A stretch of 64,000 nt of DNA, from positions 248,001 through 312,000 of the forward strand of contig NC_045706.1 of assembly GCF_009834535.1 (NCBI RefSeq), in the 5' to 3' direction. Source of the stretch: Camelus ferus. Lineage: Eukaryota. Below the pieces are notes generated by a model. The model was given only the letters and a program-made list of their open reading frames with translations. It was not told where the DNA came from and did not search any database. Made by a program: the position numbers and the translations under genes. Numbering within the stretch: the stretch's first letter is position 1; every line of letters begins with the position of its first letter. Positions 24,141 through 38,306 of this stretch are shown here, piece after piece.

Positions 24141-24692
24141 GCCCAGGGCCATGGCGTGTCCCACGAAGGCGCCCAAGGTCCCCGGGACCATTGTCGTCGA
24201 CATCCTGAGCCTGGAGCAGTTGGCCAAGCCAGTCGCTGCTCACTGCCCAACCGTCCTCAACCCCCTGGATGTCAGCTGCATCTTCAATGCAGAGGAGACA
24301 CCCGTCCCCCTCCCAGGCTGCAGGAGCCCACACACCCTGCTCTCATGGTCATGGGGGTGAGCCAGGCTGGCGGGCCGTGGAAATGTATCCATCTCCCCAT
24401 GCCTCCAGGCCGAGAATGTGGCCCCCAACCCCTCCAAGTCTCTGCGTGGAAACCTGGAGTCACATCCACCAGCTGAGCACAACACGCTGTGCGATGATGT
24501 TGCCGGAAGAGCCAGTCCCTCCCTCCCTAAATTACCCACGGTCTTACATCCTGAGTTAACACTGACTCCCACAGGGGGTGGGCCCAGGTGTCTGTCCCAT
24601 GCCTTAGGATGCCCTTGGGACCCCCACCCTGTCAAGCCCTCCAGAAACACCTCACAGAGGGTCGACACTGCTGGACCCACAGTCAGAGCTCA

Positions 24693-24992
<300 letters not shown>

Positions 24993-25386
24993 TCATAATT
25001 GGACGGGGCTTACACTATATGAGCCTCTGACACTGGAATCAACCGTCGTGGGCACGCTCCCTGACCCGGTCAGGAGAGGCCGGGAAGGAGTCTCTCAGGA
25101 GCCACGCAGGCTGGCCGTTCATCATCCGTCCGGACTCTGGCCTCAGGCAGCCAGCACCGAAGTGGAGGGATGCGATAGGCCCTGTGAACATCTGGCCAGG
25201 TGGCGACAGTTCACACACCAGCCGCAAACTGCTCTGCAGGGACAGTTCTCACTCCTGAGCCCTCCAGGACTGGCTGAGAGGGGCAGCGAAATAGACATGA
25301 CTTTATCCAGAAGCTGCATAAGAATGAATCTGCATTTAGCCCAAAGGCAAACCACAAGGGGGTGAAACACGGGAAGCACCAGCCAA

Positions 25387-25457
25387 TCTCGCAGGTCCCT
25401 AAAAAAAGGACAAAACAACCCTCTCGCAGGTCCCTAAAAAAAGGACGAAAACAACCC
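25387..25457 (+). repeat. 35/36-bp tandem duplication TCTCGCAGGTCCCTAAAAAAAGGAC(G)AAAACAACCC x2
   Basis: Two near-identical adjacent copies read directly. Confidence 0.9.
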
Positions 25458-26142
25458 GGCAGGAAACGGGCCCTCTCTGTGCAGATCTTAAACCAGCAGC
25501 TCCCGCTGCTAGAACTGATCCTACAAGTATGTGCCCACGAGTGTTTTTAAACGTACAGGTACAACACTGTGTGCAACAGAACAAGCGAAAACAACGTAAA
25601 TTTCCACCAACATGGAGTAATGACACCTATATACAAGAAAACACAGTGTGGCTGTAAAGAACAGATGTGGCAGGTGGGCAGCGCGCCGGGGTCGGCGGGG
25701 TTGGGAAGGTGGGGGGGGCGGGCGGAGACTCTCACTCTTCCTCTTACATCAGCTCTGGCACCTGCTCACTTGGTGAACTTGGGCAGTTAAGTGACTTTGC
25801 TCTGCTGGCATCTGTCAGACAGGGGATGGGACAGGCGTGCCCCAGGCTGCTGCCCGAGGAGTAAGAGATAAGCAGGCACGGCTTGCCTTCAGCCACCTCC
25901 ATCTTTCATCACACTGCCAGCTGCTACTCCAAGGCTTCCGTCTAAAGCATCAGATCTAGAATTAAATAGGATTATACGTGGGACTCCTTCCTCGGTTACT
26001 ACCGGGACCTAAACCTGAGACCTGGCTTTCACACCTGCTCCATGTCTAAGGAAGCAGTTCGGTGAACCTCCCAAGGCCATCCCAACTCTCCCATAATTAC
26101 CCCAAAAGGATCAAGACACCTGCTGCCCTGCATTTTCTCTTA

Positions 26143-26607
<465 letters not shown>

Positions 26608-27058
26608 TCACAGCAGATAGGGGAGCTGAGCTGCTCTGGTCCCGACCTGGGGGCCTGGCCCAGCCAGGGAGGACGGCAAGGAGGCAGGGGCCTCATGCCT
26701 CCAGCTCTAATGCGAGGATTCAGTGAGCAAAGGGGCGCAGAGCTCCCCAGGCACTCATGGAGAACAGGCTCCGGCCTCACACGGCCCAGGGCTCTAGCTC
26801 TGCTCTGGGCATCTGCTCAGTCACTGGGGCCTCAGGGCCACAGTGCCAGAGGTGACACCGGGGAGAGCCCAGCAGGACAGTCCTGGAGGGTCTTGTGAGT
26901 GCCTGGTGGGAAACGGCCACCCACCACAGAGGAGCACCTGCCTGCCCCTCTCTGAGGCTGAAGCCCTTCACACGGTGCTTCCATGCAAAGGGCCGCCTGA
27001 CCATGGGAGGAAGAAAGCATTATGAGATACAGTTCCTTCTTTTAATCACTTCTTCTTA

Positions 27059-27898
<840 letters not shown>

Positions 27899-28195
27899 TC
27901 AGGCGGGGGGCGGGGGGGGGGGCGGCGGGGAGACTGGCCCGCGCTGCCAAGGGAGGACACAGAGGTAGGCCTGGGGCAGAGACACATTTATGGGAAACCC
28001 CGAGGCTGGAGGGGGAGCTACCTGCGGCGGCAGAACCGCGGGCAACTGTGTAGGGCCATGGGTTTCCTTCCCCGGCAGGAGCCGGCCCTGCTCACAGTGG
28101 GCAGCTAAGTTTCGGGGACCAGCGAACCTTGGCTAAGTAAGTGGGGCGCGGCGGGGATTCACTCAAGGGACCAGAAAAGGGTTCCGGGTCCCTTA

Positions 28196-29120
<925 letters not shown>

Positions 29121-29634
29121 TCTCTGCGTATGTGTATGTATGTGTGTAAATGTATGCAGTCACATGTCTCAAACACACAGGACGCATAAAGGACAAGATA
29201 AAGGGTAAATGGAGAAACGTGTCTCCCTGACCCACTCTGGCCCCAGGAGAGGGAGGCACATACAAGCGTGCAGAATTTCCGGAGAATTCCTCTAGTTCCG
29301 ACAGGTCCTCCTACGGCTTTGCTGGGATTAGAAGGTTCCTGCCTTCTGTTAAAAGGGTTACCAGACCTCCCCGTGGCACATCGTTCCTTCTCTGCCACAC
29401 CTGGGGGCTGCAGCTCTGAGCCACCGCCTGCTGCCTCCGTGGACTTCCTGTGGCCGCCTGTTCCCTGCGGCGTAGGGTGGGCAGGGAGAAGGGTGAGCTC
29501 CAATCTGAGCAAGTGGTCTTTCTGTTGGGATCTTCCTCTCGGACAGGACCCCTTCTCTCCCTGTGTTGCCCCCAGCTGTATATTCTTCTTGTTTGATTCA
29601 CTCTCCTGGGGAAGCCAGGAGGTGTCTGGGAGAT

Positions 29635-29766
29635 TTTAGTTTTCCCTTGGCGGGGTGGGGGTGGGGCAGATAATTAGGTCCATTCATTTATCTACTTATT
29701 GTTTTTTAAGGGAGGGACTGGGGATAGAACCCAGGACCTCCTGCGCGCTGAGCCCTACCTCCCCCC
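29635..29766 (-). mobile_element. Camelid-type tRNA-derived SINE (Vic-1-like), internally deleted
   Basis: Reverse complement GGGGGAGGTAGGGCTCAG-CGCGCAGGAGGTCCTGGGTTCTATCCCCAGT...TTAAAAAACAATAAGTAGATAAATGAATGGACCTAATTATC. Confidence 0.8.
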
Positions 29767-31164
29767 TCAGAAGGCTGTTTTCACTGAAGACACTGCAAAG
29801 CTGCAGGTGTCGTCACCATGCCCTCCTACTCGATTTGTAGTTTGCTTGGGCATAGAGTTCCAGGTCAGAAACGCCTTCCTCCAGACTCTGAAGGCATTTG
29901 CTTCCTTTCTCCTCCCTCCTGGGAGCTCTGTGAAGAACCCACAGCCGTTCTAGTTTCTAATTCTTCACAAGCAGCAGAGGCGTTTTCCTCCCTGGCAGTT
30001 TTTCAGATCTTCTGAAATTTCACAACACGGTGCCTTGATTTTTATTTACTGTGATGGGCATGCAAAGGGCCCTCAGTCTGGAAACTCCCATCCTTCTGTC
30101 CCCGCAAATGATGTCGTTGATTTTTTTCACTAGTCAGTCGTTTCTGCTGGTGACTCCGCCCTGAGCAAAATCCCTGACAGTTTTTTGTTACCTCTTTCCA
30201 AAGTCCTTATTTTAGGATGTCAGACTTCGAGCCTGGCCCTTGAATTTCTGCTCTGCTGCCTGCGGGATTTCTTCCATTGAGCTTTTGTTTCTGCTGTCAT
30301 AGTGTTAATTACCAGGAACTCTTTCTTCTTGGACAAATGTTTCTTTTCAGAGGAGAGAAGGGTTCTCTCCTTCCTTCATGTTCCTGGGAGCACATCCTCA
30401 CTTGTCTAAGGACATGAGTGACAGACACCTGCTCGGTCACTGTACTCTGGGTTCTCTTTTTCCTGTTTCTTTTGGCTCCATCTTCCAGAAAGAAGCTCTC
30501 TGAGATGTCAGGTTATGTTTGTCTCCTCGTGATGAGGAATGGTGGACCAGAGGGCTGTTTGTGAGTGGGGCCCATCACATTTGAGCTTGACTCTGGGGTG
30601 CTCTGGCAGCAGGCTGTCAGAGAACCCCCCTCAGTATCTCTAGGTACTTCCCTTTGAATTGGTCAAGCTCCCTGGACAGAGTCTTCCGGTCTCCTGCCTG
30701 GAGCACATAGGCCAGGCTGCCAGTATCTTTGAAGTCAAAGAGTGGACAGGAGTGGGGAGGGTTGGCATTCTGGGGGCAGCAGACCCACCTTCAACTGTGC
30801 CTGCTGGTCCCTCCTGGAATCCCTCTGTACAGAGAACAGACTTCTAGGCTGCTGCCAGGATGGGGACCAGACAGTCACCCAGTGCCACTGCCTGGAATGT
30901 GGAAAGAGGTTTAGGAATTCACCTGCTTCTTAAGCCTAAGAATAGAGTACCTATTCAAATAATCAAGGTGCTGAGGACTCATCCCTGAGTAACAGGGACA
31001 AAATCCCAGCCTGCATGGAGCTCAGTGGGAGGAGGCAGAAAATAGACACACACACATGTGATAGTCTCCTGCAATGAAATGTGCATGCAAGGAAACATGC
31101 CCTTTAAAAGAACAATTTTGAAAGTAAAAAATAATAAAATTTTTTAAAAGAACAAGTTTGGTCA

Positions 31165-31908
31165 AAACTAAGAGGTATCACTTCACACTGGCCAGAATGG
31201 CCATCATTAAAAAGTCTACAAATAATAAATGTTGGACAGATGATTGGAAAAGATGATGTGGTATATTTATACACAATGGACTACTACTCAGCCATAAAAA
31301 GGAATGAAATAATGTCATTTGCAGCAATATGGATGGACCTAGAGATTATCATACTAAGTGTGGTAAGTCAGTCAGTCAAAGACAAATACCATACGATATC
31401 ACGTATGTGGAATCTAAAAAAATGACACAAACTTATTTACAAAACAGAAAGAGGCTCATAGACACAGAAAACAAACAATGGTTGTGGGGGAGGGAGGGAT
31501 AAACTGGGAGTTTGGGATTGGCTGTTACAAACTACTGTGTACAGAACAGATAGACAACAAGGTCCTACTGCAGAGCACAAGGAACTATATTCAATGGCTT
31601 ATAGTAACCTGCAAGGAAAAAGAATATATATATATATTCTTCAGATGTACATATCTGAATCACTATGCTGTACACCAGAAACTAATGCAACATTGTAAAT
31701 CAAAAAATTTAAATTAAAAAAATAATAAATATTGGAGATGGTGTGGAGAAAAAGAACCTTCCTATGCTGTTGGTAGGAATGTAAACTGGTGCAGCCACAT
31801 GGAAACCAGTTAGGAGGCTCCTTAAAAAACTGAAAATAGACTTACCATATAATCCTGCAATCCACTCCTGGGCATATGTGGGGAGAAAACTCTAACTCGA
31901 AAAGATAG
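31165..31908 (+). mobile_element. L1 ORF2 C-terminal fragment interrupted by a younger 5'-truncated L1 3' end (31237-31720)
   Basis: Host L1 sequence resumes in register after the insert; flanking duplication AATAATAAAT(G/A)TTGGA at 31221-31236 and 31721-31736; insert has a cetartiodactyl-type L1 3' UTR. Confidence 0.88.
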
Positions 31909-33214
31909 CACCCCCCCCAACTCACTGAGCACCCCCCGGCCTCCCCCGATCTCCAAGAACCACCTCTCCGACCACTCCCCAGACGGGGTGGGACACTGCC
32001 TGGTGGCTCGCTTCACGCTGGTCATGGTCCCGCGGGGAAGGCTGAAAGGTGAAGCATGGTGGGAGAGGCGTGGGACCTTTCAGGGCGTGGCGCATGCGGG
32101 ACCGGGGTGGGGGCTCGAGGGATCCGGGAAGTTGCGCCTTAGGTGGCGGCGGTGACCACAGGGGCCCAGAGGCAGCCAGGGTGACGGTGCCACCTCCCAG
32201 CTACCGCCCCACCCATGCTCCGCTCCACATCAAGCTGCCGCCAGACCCCGGCCTGTCACTCCACCTGACGTCTGCAACTTGTGAGGAAAAGGCTGGCCTC
32301 CTGGCAAGTCGAGTAAAGCTGCCCGCCTGGGGTGCAGCTGCCCTGGCCCTAGTGTCCCTGTTCATAGGGGGCACTTTATCTCCAGTCTGCCGCCTGAAGC
32401 AAAGGCCTGGCTCAGGGAGCTCCCTCCTCAGAGGTTCCTCTCCGGGCACACGGCTCCCCCAAGGTTCAGGGAAGATGTCCACTCTGCCTTTCTCCCCTCC
32501 TTCTGGCCCGCCACCTCCTCTCTGTCAGCGGTCTTCTCCTGGGAGAGATCAGGACGGTAAAGGAGGTCTCCTTAGAAGGTCTGAGATTTGGCCCTGACTG
32601 GCCCTGGCAGGAGCTCCCAGGACGGGTCTAGGGGACTCACATACTTCTGGTTCAGCCCCTGGAGCCTCTCGGTGACCGGCAGGATTCTGCCACAGGAAGG
32701 CAGGGACCACTTGGCTGGGTTCCTCCAGGTGGCCCACGCAGACCAAGGGGTAAAAACGCCCTGGTCCCGCTCACACCTGAGACCACCTGGGGGGAGGGCC
32801 TGGGCGCAGACTGGGGGTGACTGGAGAAAAGGCAAAGTCACGGGAATGTGACACACTGCCTTCATGGCCAGGGGGAGGGAGCACCTTAGACCCCAGGAGT
32901 TGGGGGCAGGGAGGCAGGGCAGTCATGCTGTTTGTCCCCGAATGCAGCACCACGGCTTGAGTCAAGCAGCAGCTACAACCAGTGCTTGGTCTGCCAGCAC
33001 TGCCCCACGTGCTCATGTGGCCATGGGTGGGCACTGGACTGTTCTGCTGGGTCTCAGGCCACCAGCAGCAGCTCTAGCACACAGAGGACACACCCCATTT
33101 CAATCTGACTGGTACAAAGCCATGGGCTTCTCCTGATGCCCACGGGCCACCTATGGCAGTAGAGGCTGCAACTGCCCAGTGACATCACACATGCCTTAAC
33201 TAAACCGGGCTGCT

Positions 33215-34650
33215 CCTTTCCATACACAGCTTTGTTGATTAGTACTCACGTGCCATGTACTTCACCCAGTTACAGTGCAGCCAGTGTCACTGGCTGACAG
33301 CGCATTTAGAGTTGTTCCACCACCACTACATCCCGCTTAGAACATTTTCATCACCCAGAAAAGAAACCCCCAACCCTGTAACGATACCCAGTGCCCACTC
33401 CTGCAGCCCCTGGCAACCACTAACCTACCTCCTGCCTCTGTGGACTTGCCTTTTCTGGACATTCCATATAACTGGAGTCACAGAACATGGGGTCTTTGGT
33501 CTGGCTTCTTCCTTCCACTCGGCATGCTTTCAAGGTCCATACCTGCTGCAGCTCGTATCAGTCTACATCACTTCTCTTTATTGACAAATAATGTTCCATT
33601 GTATAAGCTAATAAATGCTAATGTACCCATTGTATGGATAAATCACATTTTGTTTATCCACGCATGAGTTGATAAGCATTTAGGTGTTCTCTCACTTTTT
33701 GACTATTATGAGCATGCTGCTATGAACAACCATGTACGAGTTTTTGTGTAAACACGTTTTTGCTTCTCTTGGGCATATACCTAGGGGTGGAATTGCTGAG
33801 TTGTATGCTAACTCTAAGTTTAAGCTTTTGAGGAACCACCAGACTGTTTTCCAAAGTGACTGCATCATTTTATATTCCCACCAGCAGTGTATAAGGGTTC
33901 CAGTTTCTCCAGGTCCTTACAGGATTTACCATTGTCTAACTGTAGCCGTTGTAGTGGATGTAGTGTCTTATTGTGGTTTTGCGTTTCCCTAGTGACTAAC
34001 AATGTTGAGCATCTTTTTGTGGGCTTGTCAGCCATGTGTAGATCTTTACTGGAGAAATGTCTGTTCAATCCTCTGCTCACTTTTTAACTGGCTTGTCTTT
34101 TTATGACTGAGTTTGTGAACATTAATAAAGGAAAACGTCATCTAAAATGGAGTGAGGAGGCCAGAAGGGAGTGCTCTCATGCAGGAACCACTTGACTGTC
34201 AATTCAAGGAAGAACGTCCACTACAGACCCCAACCGGAAGCATCCTCCACTACAGGTCCTGACAGGAAAGATGCTCATGGCATCTCTTACAGTAGTGACT
34301 ACCCCAGCTACTCAGCCAACAAGAACCTGTCATCACACCGAACTCTCATGTTCCCCCAACTGACTTTCCTTCAAAACCACCCCTCCCAACTTCCTCCTTT
34401 TTCTCTGTAAAATTGCTTTGTTTGAAGGATTGCCTATGGCTTTTGCTGTAGCCTGCTTACCCAAATTGCAGTTATTTGCTGTTCCCAAATTGACCTATTT
34501 TGCTGGTAAAATAACTGGCTGTTTTATTCCGTAGATTAGCAAGTTGAAAGCATTCTTTATATATTCTAGACACGAGACCCTTAGCAGATATATGACCTGC
34601 AAAACTTTCTTCTCTCATTTCACTTTCTTCATAGTATCCTCTGAAACACT
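33215..34650 (-). mobile_element. L1MB-like 3' region, interrupted by an LTR
   Basis: CCCCTGGCAACCACTAA...TTGCCTTTTCTGGACATT...ACCTAGGGGTGGAATTGCTG...CCCACCAGCAGTGTATAAGGGTTCC; continues after 34545. Confidence 0.88.
34114..34541 (+). mobile_element. ERV1-class solo LTR (MER34-like) with perfect 4-bp TSD AGTT
   Basis: TG...CA termini; AGTT at 34110-34113 and 34542-34545. Confidence 0.85.
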
Positions 34651-34675
34651 AAAGTTTTTAATTTTGGTGAAGTCC

Positions 34676-34678
<3 letters not shown>

Positions 34679-34706
<28 letters not shown>
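34679..34706 (+). repeat. (AC)14 microsatellite
   Basis: Read directly. Confidence 0.95.
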
Positions 34707-34709
<3 letters not shown>

Positions 34710-35482
34710 GTAAAATTTTTTTGGTCACTTGTGCTTAAATTACTTAAATTACTTCATGGAGGAAAGAAGCCACCTGGCCCCAACACCAGCCCCCGGGGTG
34801 TTAGAGAAACCTTCTGTGTTGGGGCCATTTTCCTTGGGGTGCCTGTCAGTCCTGCGGCCCACAATGACACAGTCTCCTTTGGTAAAAGTCTTTGGTAGTC
34901 TGTTACTGTTTGCATGAAAATGTCTTTATTCTATCCTCAGTCTTGAAATAAAGTTCTGCTGAGTTTTCAATGATGGTCTGGATTTTATTATTTCCTTGAA
35001 AATAACCATTTTGCTTTTCATTTGTAGGTGATCTTTTATCTCCACCTTTAAATTTGCAGAACTTGGGCAAGAATACAAATGGAGGCTAATAATGTATGTT
35101 TAAACATTTACAATTTATAAATCAAAGTAACTTAAATAGGTAACTTCACTGTTAAAGTTTCATTACATATTATTTTATAAAAAATAAAACTATTCATAAT
35201 CTAGTATTCAGTAGCTAGCCAGTTACCGATGTAAAGGATCAGCATCATACTTCATGCCTGGTACGTCTAACCCTATCAACACATAAACTTCGCGGTGATA
35301 CAAATTGTCCAATGTTGCAAAGCATGCCTCCGCCACCTCGTGCGGCTGCTGTGATTACACCGCACACACTTCAGAGCACTTCAGGGCCAACAAGCGGGAG
35401 AGGGAGAGACACAAGGGAGTGGGTGTGTGCCACTCCTGACAGGCAGTGCTCAGCAATGAGAAAACCAGTTACGTGGTGCCTC

Positions 35483-36063
35483 TGAAAGGAAGGATTTTTG
35501 CTAATTACTCGTCTTTTCCTTGCCTAAGCACTTACTTCTACCCCAACTCCTTCTCACACTGCAAAGCAGTATTATCTCTGATTCCTTGTTGCTACTGAAA
35601 CTGAGTCCATCTAAAACGAAGTTTATAATTAACCTCTCCAACCAAAACTTAATTTCCTTTCTCGTCCCCTCTGACCTCAGCCCTGTGCTGACTGAACACA
35701 TCAAGCAGAGTCAGGCGACTAAAACTGCTGTCGTCCATACAAGTACATGGGCTGGCTGCTTCTCCAGGATAAGATGAGCTAACAGACGCCGGAGCCACAG
35801 ACCACCTTGCCTGAGAATGTAAACCAGAGACACCTTGACTCTTGAAACTGGATTAAGAAATATCACAGAATGACAATTAATCCCAGCCTCTTTGTTCTTC
35901 CCCTAAAAAAAAAAAAAAAAAAAAAAAAAATCCCCTAACTCAGAGACCAAGTAGGGTTATTTGAGTGGGTCGGTCTTCGGGTCACTTGCTCGGTGCCCTG
36001 CAATAAACCCTCACGCTGCCGCAGCACCCACTGTCAGAGTTTGCGTTCCTGCGCGGGGTTACA
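35483..36063 (+). mobile_element. ERV solo LTR directly upstream of the ECHS1 CpG island, with A26 tract
   Basis: TG...CA, AATAAA at 36002-36007, flanks CCTC/CCTG; several blocks shared with the copy at 62650-63148. 5' boundary approximate. Confidence 0.75.
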
Positions 36064-36099
36064 CCTGAACGTGCACCTGAGAGCGGATTCCAGGCCACT

Positions 36100-36839
36100 G
36101 GGAAGTCCGCCAGCCCGAGCAAGCTCCAGAGCCTAGGCTCTGTGCGGCCCACAGCCCTGCATCCGGCTCAGAGCCGGAGCAGGTGTGGCTCGAGGTCTCA
36201 CCGGGAGCGGGGAGAACGCCTGCCCCGCACACAGACACGCCGGGAAGTGGCGGGAAGGGCGCGGCAAACGAACCGGCCGGGCCGAGAGGAGAACGCGGGC
36301 GACGCAGGCCGGGTGGGCAGCTCCGCAGAGTCCGCCCCGGCCTGGACCCCGGCCTGCGCGCAGGCGGGCTCCCCGCGGCCCTCCCGCTCACGCTAGCGTC
36401 CGGGCCGACCCCGAGCGGGCGCCGAGGGTCTCCGGGCGGTCGGACCGCCTGGCTCAGGCGGGTTTCGACGCCACCCGGGGCCCGTCCCAGTGGGGCTGCT
36501 CTCAGGTCTTCAGGGCTACTTCCGGGGTCTGGGGCCCGCCAACCCGGCGCAGAACCTGCCCGGCAGACCCTCCTCCCGCCCACCCCTCCCACTTCCTGGC
36601 TCTAGTCCCCTCCCCCCCGCCCGCCCCTGACCCTTGTCCCCTGACCTCTGAGCCCGCACCTGACCTTCGTTCCCAAAGCGCATGCCCGTCGCCCCGCCCC
36701 TTCCACCGGCCGGCTGGTCTCGCGATACCAGCATGGTCTCGCGATGCCGGCCCGTGGGCGTGGAGGGCGCTGACTGGCGCGGCCGGTGGCCGGCTCCGCG
36801 GGGTAGGAGGGCCGACTGGCCAGTTGTCCCGGGAGTATC
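36100..36839 (+). promoter_or_regulatory. ECHS1: ECHS1 CpG-island promoter with twin TCTCGCGAT motifs
   Basis: CpG-dense; TCTCGCGATA at 36718-36727 and TCTCGCGATG at 36737-36746; ETS-like GGAAGT. Confidence 0.8.
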
Positions 36840-36927
36840 ATGGCCGCCCTGCGCACCTTGCTGCCCCGCGTGCGCGCCCCGCTGCGCCCCTGGCCTGGGT
36901 GCCCTGCGCCGCGCTCCTTCTCCTCGG
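36840..36927 (+). CDS. ECHS1: ECHS1 exon 1: MAALRTLLPRVRAPLRPWPGCPAPRSFSS(G), mitochondrial transit peptide; short-chain enoyl-CoA hydratase
   Basis: 88 nt; Arg-rich presequence; donor G|GTGAGT. Confidence 0.96.
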
Positions 36928-38108
36928 GTGAGTGCGGGGCTGGGGGGCGGGCCCGGCTCCGCGCCGCACCTGCGGCCCCCGGGCCTCACCCGGGACCCGG
37001 CCCCGTCCCTGCACGGGACCCTGTCCAGTTTGGCCCCCACTCCCAGCACCTGCTCCCTGAGCTCGCTGAGCCCTAGCGTCGCTGGCATCTCAACTCCGGG
37101 GACTCGGGACTGAGTGCTGAGACCTCTGGCCATTTATGCGTTTGGTGGTTGGTTGTGAAATTTCTCTAACTTTAGAAGAACGTGAAGTTAGCACTACTGG
37201 AACTGGAAGGGGTCAAACAGGTTCTGTCCTGCAGTGCCTTCCGTCCAGGCCTGCGCACCCACGCCCACCGGGTGGACCTTCAGATTCTGCCTTCCCCAGC
37301 CAACCAGGCGCCCCTCTTCCACTCTCCTGAGCACCCCCACCCCAGTGTCTCCCAGGAACTCTAGGCCACTTCCCTGGGTTGGGGAGGAATCCCTGCGGCC
37401 TCTTCCTTCACCTGAGTGTCCCCGTACCCAACTACCAAGATGAGTTTGTTTTACCTAAGTTTTCTTGGACCACCCCTGCTGCCTCCTGGTCGGCAGCAGT
37501 CACTTCCTGCTCTTGTATGTGGCAGGCATGCTGCTGCGGGTAAACACTTTACATGTCCGGTTTCAGGTACCCTCCCCACAAGAAGCCCACGGGATAGGTA
37601 CTGTAATCCCAATTTCCCCCTTCAAGAAAGGAACCACCTCAATGTGCAGACACATCTGGTCTTCTCAGGTTAACCTCCTTCCTCTCCAGGTCACTGCTTG
37701 CCCCCAGATCTGAGCCCGCTGCCCCTCCAGGCTGTGACCATTGCCCTTTGGCTGTGCACGTCTTCCACCAGGCTGTGCACCCAGCAGGGCTGGAACACTG
37801 TTGTTTGCTACTGAATCCCTTTCACCTAGTTGGCACCCGAAAGCAGGAATGTCCTCATCGCTTGTTTCTGCAGTGTCACAGACCGTCTGTAGTGCACGTT
37901 CTGGGCAGCACCTATAGGACGTTCAGGAGGAGAAGGCTGCTGCTCATTGCTGTTTTTTTTTTTTAACTTAAGGAAACATCCACAGCCACCCATGCTGCAC
38001 ACTGCAGCCACCCAGGACTGGGCAGGGGCCCTCCGGGGTCCTGTCGGGGTCACTCTGCCCACTGTGTGATGCCTCCAGAGATGGAAATCCTTTTTCCCCT
38101 CTCCCCAG

Positions 38109-38306
38109 GTGCAGGCTTCGAGTACATCGTCACAGCAAAGAAGGGGAAGAATAGCAACGTGGGGCTGATCCAGCTGAACCGCCCCAAAGTGCTCAACGCG
38201 CTCTGCAATGGCCTGATGGTGGAGCTCAACCAGGCGCTGCAGGACTTCGAGGAGGACTCCGCTGTGGGGGCCATTGTCCTCACGGGCGGGGAGAAGGCGT
38301 TTGCAG
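38109..38306 (+). CDS. ECHS1: ECHS1 exon 2: (G)[65 protein letters not shown](A)
   Basis: 198 nt, AG/GT. Confidence 0.97.

Noticed and set aside
36059-37133. Several 140-250-aa ORFs in the ECHS1 island
   Set aside because: CpG-island stop depletion; only exon 1 of ECHS1 is supported.
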